Source: Chitinophagaceae bacterium (lineage in GTDB: Bacteria; Bacteroidota; Bacteroidia; Chitinophagales; Chitinophagaceae). From it: a stretch of DNA of 64,000 nt. Under the pieces are notes generated by a model, which searched no databases, was not told the DNA's origin, and saw only the letters and a program-made list of their open reading frames with translations. The stretch lies in the NCBI GenBank assembly GCA_044225015.1, contig JBGAJG010000002.1, forward strand, positions 62,113 through 126,112. The letters are read 5' to 3'. A program made the translations under genes and the position numbers. Within the stretch, counting starts at the first letter, position 1; each line of letters begins with the position of its first letter. Of this stretch, positions 17,965 to 27,107 are shown one piece after another.

Positions 17965-19942
17965 ATGTCTTTCGCCATCTGAGCCATACCCAGGCCATGG
18001 TGAATACATATATGAACTCGAGCACTAAGAGCCACCCAATCAAAGGATGGGAAAAACGGAGCCGTATCTGATTTGAATTTGTTCCTGTGGGAATGGCCAT
18101 CAATCCCTCATGGGTCATTTGAATCTTTTTTGACTTACCATCCTGTTCTGCTATCCATCCCGGATACCAGTTTTGTTTGATAAATAAAGTATCCTCCTTA
18201 GGGAGTTTGGCGGGGAATAATATTGAAGTGAATTGAAAGCGCTCAGGTACTATGGCCGGGCCGGATGTAAGAAAAAATGGCGGTTTTGCATACCAAAAAG
18301 TCCTGGTTCCTGACTTCAGGAATTCAAGCGTCTGGGGAAAAATCAACGGATAGTCAATAAGGTTCTCCTGGGCAATCTGGCCACTAACCAATGCCCAGTT
18401 TCCTGTGTAACGAACTGTATTTGGATAAGCGGATACTACAGACCATTCCGCTTTGTTCTCCGGAATCACCGCATTTCCTGGTGCGAGGCTGAACATTTCA
18501 GCAATCTCGTTTACTGATTTTTGACCCACCCCAGTGAATGGTAAATACATTGAAGAATTTACGATAAGGTCAATACAGCAAACCAGACACAGAAGGCCCA
18601 GTCTTTTCTTGCGCCAGGATGCCAATATGCCCTCACAAATCAGCATCTGAACCGGAAACTGAATAAGGATCGTTTGTGCAAAACTGAGATGGTCAAGGAT
18701 ATATTTGATCTGTCCTGTTCCTGATCCCTCAACGCCAAAATCAATATGCAGTGCATTGGGCTCTGTGGCTATCGCTGATAAAGCACTGGCAATAAGCAAT
18801 CCCTGTATGGAGCGCACTATTCTGACTACAAGTTTTGTATCTGTCTCATTCCAGGCCTTCACCAGACTGATACCGCCAGACAGAATAAAAGCCATAATGG
18901 CAAAAATCCGGAATTCAGCATTGAGACGCACATGGTGCAGGATGGGAATGCTTTTATACAACGGTAGGATGATTTCACTGGAAAGAATGGCAAAGAATAA
19001 ACCCAGGAAAAGAAAAAATAAAGCGTCACGCTGACGGCGGTGAATAATGGTGATGATCAGACCTATAAGCAATAACAAGCCGAAATAACAGTTACGCAAT
19101 GCAGGGTCATTGTGAAGCCAGGGCGCCTTTACAGAGGAAAGAGGTATCAATGTGCTTGCCCAGCTGGCTATAGGAGTAGCACCTTCTGGTGTGATGGATC
19201 CTGTTACAGCTCCAATCCTGTTGGTATGTGGCAGGACTTCTGCATATCCGTAGATCATTCCGGCAATTCCCGTCAGGGTAATCATGGCCGCCTTCACCAC
19301 GCGGGCGGTTGCGCCTGAATTTTGGTTTAACCGTGAAGTCAAAAGCGGAATCAAAAACAGCGCGGCTCCAATGATGTGCCCAGGGTGTGCTGCAGTAAAA
19401 AACCAAAGACCTGAAATCCCTGTTGCTGCCAGGTAATGACGTTGTCCTGATTGTATGTAACGGATGAGGCTGTAAGCAAATAAAGGGAAACAAGCCATTC
19501 CGGCAATCCAGTTAAAATGCTGGATATGGCTTACAAAAAATCCGCCGCAAACAAAACTCAAAGCGATGGCGAAGCGAAAGGGTAGGGAATTAACCCAGAT
19601 GCCGCTGAACTTGTACATGGCATAGCATCCCAGCAGCAGGTACAGGATAATCTCAATGGTGAAGCTCCAGGGTGTATAGCCTACAACTGCCACAAGCCAG
19701 GTGCCGGGATTCCACCAGGCCTCACTAATGTCTCCATAGACAGGAAAGCCATAATTAAGAAAGGGGTTCCAGAGCGGGAATATACCATCATGAATGGCCA
19801 CTGATAAATAACGCTTCAGTGGAAAATAGGCCGTAAAAAAATCATTCTTGATCGCAAATAGAAAACTGGTAACCGGCAAGTATGCAATCAAAACAACCAA
19901 AAAACCAATGGGTAATAGTCGTTTTTCGGAATTAAGTTGCAT
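17954..19942 (-). CDS. YfhO-like polytopic membrane protein (GT-C-type glycosyltransferase candidate)
   Basis: 662 aa with more than 10 hydrophobic segments. N-terminal FPLKRYLSVAIHDGIFPLWNPFLNYGFPVYGD resembles the YfhO family. 11-nt convergent overlap with the C25 gene. Confidence 0.5.
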   Translation of the reverse strand: MQLNSEKRLLPIGFLVVLIAYLPVTSFLFAIKNDFFTAYFPLKRYLSVAIHDGIFPLWNPFLNYGFPVYGDISEAWWNPGTWLVAVVGYTPWSFTIEIILYLLLGCYAMYKFSGIWVNSLPFRFAIALSFVCGGFFVSHIQHFNWIAGMACFPLFAYSLIRYIQSGQRHYLAATGISGLWFFTAAHPGHIIGAALFLIPLLTSRLNQNSGATARVVKAAMITLTGIAGMIYGYAEVLPHTNRIGAVTGSITPEGATPIASWASTLIPLSSVKAPWLHNDPALRNCYFGLLLLIGLIITIIHRRQRDALFFLFLGLFFAILSSEIILPLYKSIPILHHVRLNAEFRIFAIMAFILSGGISLVKAWNETDTKLVVRIVRSIQGLLIASALSAIATEPNALHIDFGVEGSGTGQIKYILDHLSFAQTILIQFPVQMLICEGILASWRKKRLGLLCLVCCIDLIVNSSMYLPFTGVGQKSVNEIAEMFSLAPGNAVIPENKAEWSVVSAYPNTVRYTGNWALVSGQIAQENLIDYPLIFPQTLEFLKSGTRTFWYAKPPFFLTSGPAIVPERFQFTSILFPAKLPKEDTLFIKQNWYPGWIAEQDGKSKKIQMTHEGLMAIPTGTNSNQIRLRFSHPLIGWLLVLEFIYVFTMAWVWLRWRKTSTA

Positions 19943-19976
19943 TGAAGTAATTTACGATGACTGGTTAAATATACTA

Positions 19977-20864
19977 ATGAACGAAATAACCAACAGAACA
20001 TTCTGCGTGTACTGTGGCTCTGGGACGAAGGTGTATGATGCACAAGCCAAACATCCTTATGTAGCCAATCACGGCCCCTTCAGGATATTGGAGTGCACCG
20101 TATGTGGTTCTCTGCAAACTGATCCATTACCTTCCTCCAGGCAGCTGAATGAATTATACCAGCAGTATCAGAAAGGCATGTTTGACGGGATAGCAGAACT
20201 CAGGAGAAAATTCCCCCTGCATGCATGGTTTGCACATTGCCTGCGCAGGATCAGGGCTCTTGTGCCCAAAGGAAAAAGTGATTTTGTGTGGGTAGACGTT
20301 GGCGCCGGCGATGGGATCATGAGTGAGATTATGATGAAGGCCTTTCCTTCCAGTATAGGTTATGCAGTTGATATGCACCAAAGGCCTCCGAGATTAGAAG
20401 CTTTGCCGGTTAACTGGCTACAGGTGGATCTCAATGCAGCAATACAAAACATACCCAAAGCTGATTTGATTTTTTCTATCACAGTGGCTGAACACGTTTC
20501 AAAGCCGGATGATTTTTTGCATGGATTGATGAATCAACTGAATGATGGAGGCTCACTATACTTCAACTGCCCACGTGCAGACGCCCTGGCCCGGAGAATA
20601 TTGGGTAAGCGATGGCCCTACTATCTTCCTGGAGAACATATCACCATACCTTCAAGACGGGGAATGAAGATTTTACTACAAAAACTGTCTAAAGACAGAT
20701 TTGGGGGAAAGGCCATTGTGCAGGTTGATGGTGTCACTATGCCTTATCCTCTGGGCTACTATTTAGGTTATTATCTGGGATGGAAATTTGAAAAGTATCT
20801 GTGGAATCCTGACGTATTTTTGCCTACCGGATTGCTGGAAGCTACCGTAACCAGCAGGCTATAA
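19977..20864 (+). CDS. Class I SAM-dependent methyltransferase with an N-terminal zinc-ribbon
   Basis: Start set at ATG 19977 (MNEITNR); the track start is a TTG lying inside the divergent gene. CVYCGS...CTVCGS pair. SAM motif I VDVGAGDG. Confidence 0.75.
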   Translation: MNEITNRTFCVYCGSGTKVYDAQAKHPYVANHGPFRILECTVCGSLQTDPLPSSRQLNELYQQYQKGMFDGIAELRRKFPLHAWFAHCLRRIRALVPKGKSDFVWVDVGAGDGIMSEIMMKAFPSSIGYAVDMHQRPPRLEALPVNWLQVDLNAAIQNIPKADLIFSITVAEHVSKPDDFLHGLMNQLNDGGSLYFNCPRADALARRILGKRWPYYLPGEHITIPSRRGMKILLQKLSKDRFGGKAIVQVDGVTMPYPLGYYLGYYLGWKFEKYLWNPDVFLPTGLLEATVTSRL

Positions 20865-21794
20865 ATTGATTTTTTTATCGATAATAAATGGTGGTCTTTT
20901 TTTGATCTCTTTGAACATACTGGCGATGTATTCACCGATGAGTCCCAATACAAGGAGTTGTACTCCACCCATGAACATCACGGCTGTTATGATGGAGGTC
21001 CAGCCAGGTAATGTGTTCCCTTTAAAATGTGCCACAATAGAATAGATGCCCATTGCAAAGGCGATAAAGGACACGATGGTGCCAATAAGAAGGCTTATCC
21101 TCAGCGGTTTGAAACTAAACGAGATGGCACCTTTGATGCCCAGGCTCATCATACTTGGCCAAGAGTATTTAGACTTCCCGTGTTGCCTCGGTGGAGCCTG
21201 GTAGGCAACGGTAGTGGTTCTAAAACCGATCCAGCTGAAGATACCCCTCACAAACAGCTCCCGTTCCTCAAACTGTAGAATACTTTGTAATATTTTTTCA
21301 TTGAAGAGGCGAAAGTCCGCCACATCTTTTTCAATATGCGTATCTGCGATGAAATTAAGCAACCGGTAATACAGTGACGAAGTCCATTGTTTAAGAGGGC
21401 CTGCTTTCCTCGTTTCAATTCTTTTGGCAGACACCATATCATAGCCCTGCTTAGCAGCAGTAATCATTTGGGGGATGACCTCGGGCGGGTGCTGGAGGTC
21501 TCCATCCATAATCAGGATCCATGATCCATGCACTGCGTGCAGTCCAGCGATCAGCGCCGCCTGGTGGCCAAAATTCCTGGAAAATGAAATGGCTTTAACC
21601 CGTGAATCTCCGGAAGCCAGGTCTGCAATGGCGTTGAGACTGGAATCAATGCTGCCATCGTCCACAAAAATCAGTTCCGTGAACTCAACATTGCAGTTAT
21701 TCAGGGCAGAATACAAAAGGGGTATATTCTGCGCCTCGTTGTACACCGGAACCACAATGGAAAGGGGCTGCATGGAAGAGTCGTACATATTCAT
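20859..21794 (-). CDS. GT2 polyprenyl-phosphate glycosyltransferase (GtrB/ArnC/CsbB-like)
   Basis: 311 aa. IVVPVYNE, FVDDGSIDSS and DGDLQHPPE motifs, plus two C-terminal TM helices. Confidence 0.8.
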   Translation of the reverse strand: MNMYDSSMQPLSIVVPVYNEAQNIPLLYSALNNCNVEFTELIFVDDGSIDSSLNAIADLASGDSRVKAISFSRNFGHQAALIAGLHAVHGSWILIMDGDLQHPPEVIPQMITAAKQGYDMVSAKRIETRKAGPLKQWTSSLYYRLLNFIADTHIEKDVADFRLFNEKILQSILQFEERELFVRGIFSWIGFRTTTVAYQAPPRQHGKSKYSWPSMMSLGIKGAISFSFKPLRISLLIGTIVSFIAFAMGIYSIVAHFKGNTLPGWTSIITAVMFMGGVQLLVLGLIGEYIASMFKEIKKRPPFIIDKKINL

Positions 21795-22387
21795 ACGCTT
21801 GAGGTGACCTGTTGAAAACGATGAATATACTTACCGATCATATCAAATTCAAGATTTACCGTTTGGCCCGGCTTCAGGTAACGCAGATTGGTGTGATGAT
21901 AAGTATACGGAATAATCGCCACTGTGAAATGTTCCAGATCCACGTTCCAGGCAGTGAGGCTTATACCGTTGACGGCTATAGACCCTTTTTCTATAACCAG
22001 GTGTGCATATTCCTGAGGGAAACGGAATCGGAACTCCCATGAGCCTTTTTTGTCCGTAATTGCTGTACAGGTTGCGGTAGCGTCCACGTGTCCCTGCACA
22101 AGATGGCCATCCAGCCGTCCGTTCATGACCATTGCACGTTCCAGATTTATGTAATCTCCTGGTTTCCAATCTTTTGCGTTTGACTTTGTCAGGGTTTCAG
22201 CCACTGCGGTAACCCGATATTCCTGGTTTTTCAGGGCGTCAACCGTAAGGCAGACGCCATTGTGAGACAGGCTTTGATCTATTTTCAGTTCCGGTGTAAG
22301 CGGTGAGGATATCCAGAATTGCCTGTTCCCGCCTTCATCGGTAATAGTATTGATGATCCCAGCCTGCTCTACGATCCCGGTGAACAT
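21791..22387 (-). CDS. ribE: Riboflavin synthase
   Basis: Starts MFTGIVE at 22387. Internal duplicated lumazine-binding repeat (GDYINLERA.. / GQTVNLEFD..). 198 aa. Confidence 0.9.
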   Translation of the reverse strand: MFTGIVEQAGIINTITDEGGNRQFWISSPLTPELKIDQSLSHNGVCLTVDALKNQEYRVTAVAETLTKSNAKDWKPGDYINLERAMVMNGRLDGHLVQGHVDATATCTAITDKKGSWEFRFRFPQEYAHLVIEKGSIAVNGISLTAWNVDLEHFTVAIIPYTYHHTNLRYLKPGQTVNLEFDMIGKYIHRFQQVTSSV

Positions 22388-22438
22388 ATTGACGATTTGC
22401 CAACAATTTCGGAAGAGAAAACTAAAAAACCACATTTG

Positions 22439-22469
22439 TTTGGAAATTGAACAGGAGTGCTTATCTTTG
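22439..22469 (+). promoter_or_regulatory. Bacteroidota-type promoter for rpsU
   Basis: TTTG 22439-22442, 19-nt spacer, TATCTTTG 22462-22469. Confidence 0.55.
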
Positions 22470-22499
22470 CGTCCCTTACACTAAAGGAGGTATACAACT

Positions 22500-22697
22500 A
22501 TGCTGATCATCGATTCAAAAGATTGCGAAAACATTGACAAGGCGCTGAAAAAGTACAAGAAGAAGTTTGAGAAGGCCAAAATCCTTCTTCAACTGCGCGA
22601 GCGTCAATCATTTACCAAGCCATCTATTAAACGTAGGGCTGAGGTGTTGAAAGCAGTCTACAAGCAGCAGATCGCAGCAGGAAAGATCGAATCTTAA
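22500..22697 (+). CDS. rpsU: 30S ribosomal protein S21
   Basis: 65 aa. ENIDKALKKYKKKFEKAKILLQLRERQSFTKPSIKRR is typical of S21. Confidence 0.9.
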   Translation: MLIIDSKDCENIDKALKKYKKKFEKAKILLQLRERQSFTKPSIKRRAEVLKAVYKQQIAAGKIES

Positions 22698-22717
22698 TTA
22701 TTTCGATATAATTGGTG

Positions 22718-22755
22718 GCAGCCATAAGGTTTAATAACTTTATGGCTGCTTTTTT
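22718..22755 (+). terminator. Rho-independent terminator after rpsU
   Basis: GCAGCCATAAG / CTTTATGGCTGC stem followed by TTTTTT. Confidence 0.6.
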
Positions 22756-23658
22756 ATGTCCATAACCTTGCAAGACCAGATTCCACCCTTTCTGGAATAC
22801 CTTCGTTTTGAGAAGCGTTATTCCAGGCACACCCTTGTCTCCTATGAGACGGACCTTGCCCAGCTGGTGCTTTATTTTGAGGAACAAAAATATTCGCTCA
22901 GCCTGGAGGATTTGTCGGCCCCCATCCTTCGTTCCTGGCTGGCATCCCTGAAAGAAGGGGGGCTGGAAGTAAGGAGTATTAATCGAAAGATTTCCGCATT
23001 AAAGTCGTTTTACCGGTTTTTATTGAGAAAAGCCCTGGTTCACCAGAATCCGGCAGCCCAGTTGCGTCTGATGAAGGCTCCCAGGCGTTTACCGGCCTTC
23101 CTGAATGAGGGAGAAACAGCAACCCTGATGACGGCCGGCAGTGAAGGAGAGGAGTGGAAGAGCTTTACAAGGCAGCTCATCATTGAAATTCTGTATACCT
23201 GCGGCCTGAGGGTAAGTGAGTTGGTGGGGTTGAAAGAGAAGCATGTGGACCTCAGGCTGAAGCAATTAAAGGTGCTGGGTAAGGGCAATAAGGAACGAAT
23301 TATTCCTATGCAGGCTGCGCTTACTGAGCGGATAGGGCAGTATATGGAAGAGAAACGGCGAAGTTTTGAGGCACCGGATCAGGAATACCTGCTGGTACAG
23401 CACAAGGGGAAGCGGCTTTATGTGAAGTATGTGTACCGGGAAATCAGGGAGGAGTTGCAGCAATTCAGGACCGTAACAAAGAAAAGCCCTCACCTGATGC
23501 GCCATACCTTTGCCACCCAGTTGGCCAACAATGGCGCAGATCTGAATGCTATCAAGACCCTCCTCGGGCACAGTAGCCTGGCGGCCACGCAGGTATATAC
23601 GCACAATACCATTGATAAGTTAAAAGATATTCACAAGAAGGCCCACCCGAAGGCCTGA
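22756..23658 (+). CDS. Xer-type tyrosine recombinase
   Basis: 300 aa. N-terminal SAM-like core-binding domain, then RVSELVGL, HLMRHTFAT and LLGHSSLAATQVYTH catalytic motifs. Confidence 0.85.
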   Translation: MSITLQDQIPPFLEYLRFEKRYSRHTLVSYETDLAQLVLYFEEQKYSLSLEDLSAPILRSWLASLKEGGLEVRSINRKISALKSFYRFLLRKALVHQNPAAQLRLMKAPRRLPAFLNEGETATLMTAGSEGEEWKSFTRQLIIEILYTCGLRVSELVGLKEKHVDLRLKQLKVLGKGNKERIIPMQAALTERIGQYMEEKRRSFEAPDQEYLLVQHKGKRLYVKYVYREIREELQQFRTVTKKSPHLMRHTFATQLANNGADLNAIKTLLGHSSLAATQVYTHNTIDKLKDIHKKAHPKA

Positions 23659-23810
23659 TCTGCCGTTCCTGGATTTCGGGATTCCGGGACGCCATATTTT
23701 TGGGGTTCGTCATTTTTTTCTGTAACTTGATAAAGCTTCAATGAAGGATTCCATACCCCTGAAAAAGAAGTTCTTTACTTATTGTTTCACCAGAAAAAAT
23801 TTCGTTTACC

Positions 23811-24110
23811 ATGAACGTTAACATTCAGACAGTGCGTTTTGAGGCGGATTCCAAGTTGCTTGACCACGTAAACCGGAAGATTCAAAAACTGGAGAATTTT
23901 CATGACAGGATCGTTAAGATCGATGTCTATCTGAAACTGGACAATGTGGTGCACCAGATCAAGGATAAAATTGCAGAGATACGCGTTAGGATCCCCCGTC
24001 ATGAATTTTTCGTTAAACACACTTCAAAGTCATTTGAAGCCTCATTTGACAGTGCTTTGGATGCATTGATCAACCAGATTAAGAAAACAAAAGAAAAGCA
24101 GGTAGCATAA
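23811..24110 (+). CDS. hpf: Ribosome hibernation promoting factor (short HPF/RaiA)
   Basis: 99 aa. MNVNIQTVRFEADSKLLDHVNRKIQKLENF matches the sigma-54 modulation/S30EA family pattern. Confidence 0.85.
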   Translation: MNVNIQTVRFEADSKLLDHVNRKIQKLENFHDRIVKIDVYLKLDNVVHQIKDKIAEIRVRIPRHEFFVKHTSKSFEASFDSALDALINQIKKTKEKQVA

Positions 24111-24133
24111 AGATTTTCACATTCAAAAACCCC

Positions 24134-24157
24134 AAGGGCCGGAAACGGCCCTTTTTT
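24134..24157 (+). terminator. Rho-independent terminator after hpf
   Basis: AAGGGCCG GAAA CGGCCCTT followed by a T run. Confidence 0.7.
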
Positions 24158-24192
24158 ATTGCCCGCCCTGTAATTATTTATGATTCAAAATT

Positions 24193-24221
24193 TTTGCATT
24201 TCACATTTTCCATTACCTTTG
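24193..24221 (+). promoter_or_regulatory. Bacteroidota-type promoter for the tRNA-tuf cluster
   Basis: TTTG 24193-24196, 17-nt spacer, TACCTTTG 24214-24221. Confidence 0.5.
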
Positions 24222-24266
24222 CCTTCCCAAAAAATGGGGTGAAGTTCTTTGTATTTACCAGAAATT

Positions 24267-24339
24267 GCCACTTTAGCTCAGCTGGTAGAGCAACTGATTT
24301 GTAATCAGTAGGTCGTTGGTTCGATTCCGACAAGTGGCT
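24267..24339 (+). tRNA. tRNA-Thr (anticodon TGT)
   Basis: Acceptor GCCACTT/AAGTGGC, anticodon loop TTTGTAA, T loop GGTTCGATTCC. 73 nt. Confidence 0.9.
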
Positions 24340-24350
24340 CTTCGAGGTTT

Positions 24351-24433
24351 GGGCAGGTTCCAGAGCGGCCAAATGGGGCGGACTGTAAATCCGCTGTCTT
24401 TCGACTTCAGAGGTTCGAATCCTCTCCTGCCCA
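24351..24433 (+). tRNA. tRNA-Tyr (anticodon GTA), long variable arm
   Basis: Acceptor GGGCAGG/CCTGCCC, anticodon loop CTGTAAA, T loop GGTTCGAATCC. 83 nt. Confidence 0.9.
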
Positions 24434-24517
24434 CTTTTGAAGAAAGGTAGAAGATGAAGGGAGAAGTGCGAAGGTTTCTACCTTCAAACGTCTAACTTTG
24501 GCTTCTGACTTTCAAAC

Positions 24518-24590
24518 GCGGGAGTAGCTCAGTTGGTAGAGCGATAGCCTTCCAAGCTATAGGTCGCGGGTTCGAACCTCGTCTCCCGCT
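24518..24590 (+). tRNA. tRNA-Gly (anticodon TCC)
   Basis: Acceptor GCGGGAG/CTCCCGC, anticodon loop CTTCCAA, T loop GGTTCGAACC. 73 nt. Confidence 0.9.
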
Positions 24591-24629
24591 CAGGAATGGT
24601 CCCGTGAGGGATCAGCCTCTGGGCAATTA

Positions 24630-24701
<72 letters not shown>

Positions 24702-24769
24702 CAAATTTGTGAAAAATGCAGCATAGCTGCGATATATAACAATTGTACACAACCTAAAAACGGATAACA

Positions 24770-25957
24770 ATGTCTAAAGAGCAATTTAAGCGGGACAAAC
24801 CCCACGTTAACGTTGGTACCATTGGTCACGTTGACCATGGTAAGACCACTTTAACTGCTGCTATCACTAACATCCTTGCGAAGAAAGGATGGGCACAGGA
24901 AAAGAAGTATGATGAAATCGATGCTGCTCCTGAAGAAAAAGAGCGTGGTATTACCATCAATACAGCGCACGTGGAGTACCAGACGGCAAACCGTCACTAT
25001 GCTCACGTAGACTGTCCTGGTCACGCTGACTATGTGAAGAACATGATCACTGGTGCTGCCCAGATGGACGGTGCTATCCTGGTTGTGGCTGCCACAGACG
25101 GTCCTATGCCCCAGACGAAAGAGCACATCCTGCTTGCCCGTCAGGTAGGTGTTCCCCGTATCGTGGTTTTCATGAACAAAGTTGACCTGGTTGACGATCC
25201 CGAACTGCTGGAACTGGTAGAAATGGAGATTCGTGAACTGTTGAGCACATATGGCTTTGATGGTGATAATACCCCCATCATCCAGGGTTCTGCCACCGGC
25301 GCGCTTGCTGGTGAAGAAAAATGGGTTGCCAAAGTGGTTGAACTGATGGATGCGGTGGATACTTACATTCCCCTGCCTCCCCGTCCCGTTGATCAGCCAT
25401 TCCTGATGTCCGTAGAAGACGTGTTCACGATTACTGGTCGTGGTACCGTAGCTACCGGTCGTATCGAGCGTGGCCGTATCAAAGTGGGTGAAGGTGTTGA
25501 GATCGTAGGTCTGATGGAAGCTCCGCTGGTATCAACTTGCACAGGTGTTGAGATGTTCCGTAAACTCCTCGATGAGGGTGAAGCTGGTGATAACGCTGGT
25601 CTGCTGCTCCGTGGTATTGAAAAGAAAGATATCCGCAGGGGTATGGTAATCTGTAAGCCTGGTTCTATCACTCCTCACACTGAGTTCAAGGGTGAAGTGT
25701 ATGTACTGAGCAAAGAAGAAGGTGGACGTCACACGCCGTTCTTCCAGAAATATCGTCCTCAGTTCTATTTCCGTACAACTGACGTTACAGGTGAAGTTGA
25801 ACTTCCTGCTGGCGTAGAGATGGTAATGCCTGGTGACAATATCAACCTTACCGTGAAGCTCATCCAGCCGATCGCTATGGAGAAAGGTCTGAAATTCGCG
25901 ATTCGCGAAGGTGGCCGTACCGTAGGTGCTGGTCAGGTTACAGACATCCTTAAATAA
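24770..25957 (+). CDS. tuf: Elongation factor Tu
   Basis: 395 aa. [13 protein letters not shown] and NKVD GTPase motifs; full-length EF-Tu. Confidence 0.98.
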   Translation: MSKEQFKRDKPHVNVGTIGHVDHGKTTLTAAITNILAKKGWAQEKKYDEIDAAPEEKERGITINTAHVEYQTANRHYAHVDCPGHADYVKNMITGAAQMDGAILVVAATDGPMPQTKEHILLARQVGVPRIVVFMNKVDLVDDPELLELVEMEIRELLSTYGFDGDNTPIIQGSATGALAGEEKWVAKVVELMDAVDTYIPLPPRPVDQPFLMSVEDVFTITGRGTVATGRIERGRIKVGEGVEIVGLMEAPLVSTCTGVEMFRKLLDEGEAGDNAGLLLRGIEKKDIRRGMVICKPGSITPHTEFKGEVYVLSKEEGGRHTPFFQKYRPQFYFRTTDVTGEVELPAGVEMVMPGDNINLTVKLIQPIAMEKGLKFAIREGGRTVGAGQVTDILK

Positions 25958-26005
25958 GCCTTTGACCCTTTAAAGGGTTGAAGAACAGGATATTAGTTAC
26001 ATTTA

Positions 26006-26040
26006 CAAAGTACTTGGGGACAACCCAGGTACTTTGTTTT
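26006..26040 (+). terminator. Rho-independent terminator after tuf
   Basis: 13-bp stem CAAAGTACTTGGG / CCCAGGTACTTTG, loop GACAA, then TTTT. Confidence 0.7.
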
Positions 26041-26046
26041 CTCTAA

Positions 26047-26107
26047 AATTCAAAAGTCAAAAGTCAAAAGTCAACATTTTTACTTTTTACTTTTGACTTT
26101 TGAATTT
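26047..26107. repeat. Palindromic tandem-heptamer element (TCAAAAG x3 and its inverse)
   Basis: Left arm AAATTCAAAAGTCAAAAGTCAAAAGT, right arm ACTTTTTACTTTTGACTTTTGAATTT. About 26-nt arms with one mismatch. Confidence 0.8.
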
Positions 26108-26112
26108 GACAT

Positions 26113-26183
26113 ACGGGTATAGTATAACGGTAGTACAGAGGTCTCCAAAACCTTCAGTCTGGGTTCGAATCCTAGTACCCGTG
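26113..26183 (+). tRNA. tRNA-Trp (anticodon CCA)
   Basis: Acceptor ACGGGTA/TACCCGT, anticodon loop CTCCAAA, T loop GGTTCGAATCC. 71 nt. Confidence 0.9.
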
Positions 26184-26197
26184 CAAGCTCAGCTCAC

Positions 26198-26395
26198 ATG
26201 AAAAAGATAGAAGCATATTTTAGGGACTCCTACAGGGAGTTAACGGAGAAAGTGACCTGGCCTACCTGGGAACAGCTCCAGCAGTCTACCATGATCGTTT
26301 TGGTAGCCACTTTGCTGATCACGGGTATCGTCTGGGTAATGGACTTTGCCAGCAGTAGCGTGCTCAAATTTGTTTACTCCTTATTTAAGCAATAA
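26198..26395 (+). CDS. secE: Preprotein translocase subunit SecE
   Basis: 65 aa with a single C-terminal TM helix, in the canonical position between tRNA-Trp and nusG. Confidence 0.9.
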   Translation: MKKIEAYFRDSYRELTEKVTWPTWEQLQQSTMIVLVATLLITGIVWVMDFASSSVLKFVYSLFKQ

Positions 26396-26967
26396 TGGAA
26401 ACACAAGTTCAACAGGAAACCAAGGACACGAAGTGGTATGTACTGCGTGTGGTGAGCGGCAAGGAACGGAAGATCAAGGAGTACCTGGATAAAGACGTTA
26501 CCCGTAATGGCTGGAGCCATATCATCAAACAGGTTTTCCTGCCTGTAGAGAAAGTCTACAAGGTACAGAACGGGAAAAAAGTAATGCGCGAGCGTAACTT
26601 CTTCCCCGGATATATCATGATTGAAGTGGAGAGTGGCAAGTTGAATGATGATATCATTTCCAGCATCCAGAATATGACCAATGTGATCCATTTCCTGGGT
26701 AAGGAGAATCCTATTGCCCTTCGTAAATCAGAGGTCAATAAGATGCTGGGTAAGGTAGATGAAATGAGTGATGCCGGTGGAATGACGATGAGCGAACCCT
26801 TCATTGTGGGTGAGACCATCAAGATCATAGACGGACCATTCAATGACTTTAACGGTGTAATTGAAGAGGTGAACGATGAGAAGAAGAAACTGAAGGTAAC
26901 CGTAAAGATATTTGGCAGGGCCACGCCGGTAGAGCTGAACTATATGCAGGTGGAGAAGATATCGTAG
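26395..26967 (+). CDS. nusG: Transcription termination/antitermination factor NusG
   Basis: 190 aa. NGN domain (KWYVLRVVSGKERK) and KOW motif (GETIKIIDGPFNDFNGVIEEV). Confidence 0.95.
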   Translation: METQVQQETKDTKWYVLRVVSGKERKIKEYLDKDVTRNGWSHIIKQVFLPVEKVYKVQNGKKVMRERNFFPGYIMIEVESGKLNDDIISSIQNMTNVIHFLGKENPIALRKSEVNKMLGKVDEMSDAGGMTMSEPFIVGETIKIIDGPFNDFNGVIEEVNDEKKKLKVTVKIFGRATPVELNYMQVEKIS

Positions 26968-27014
26968 GCATTGAGGCATAAAGGCATTAAGGCATTAAGG
27001 CATTGAGGCATTGA
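26967..27014 (+). repeat. Six tandem octamers GGCATTRA starting in the nusG stop codon
   Basis: GGCATTGA GGCATAAA GGCATTAA GGCATTAA GGCATTGA GGCATTGA, running directly into the terminator hairpin. Confidence 0.85.
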
Positions 27015-27015
27015 G

Positions 27016-27042
27016 GGCCGGAGCTTAGCTTCCGGCCTTTTT
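27016..27042 (+). terminator. Rho-independent terminator after nusG
   Basis: GGCCGGAGC / GCTTCCGGCC stem followed by TTTTT. Confidence 0.7.
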
Positions 27043-27107
27043 GTTTAGCGCCTTCCCCTTTTTTTACATTTTGGTTTTGGCATTTGACTTTTTACTTACC
27101 TTAAAGT

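Noticed and set aside
22388-22499. Possible FMN riboswitch upstream of ribE
   Set aside because: Only 112 nt are available, and they are shared with the divergent rpsU promoter. I could not find the conserved FMN-element helices. ribE alone is not typically riboswitch-controlled.
26967-27014. Tandem octamer arrays (also at 32993-33032, 37050-37089 and 46776-46850) considered as CRISPR arrays
   Set aside because: The units are only 7-8 nt and directly contiguous, with no spacers. No cas genes or leader are present. They are simple tandem or palindromic repeats.
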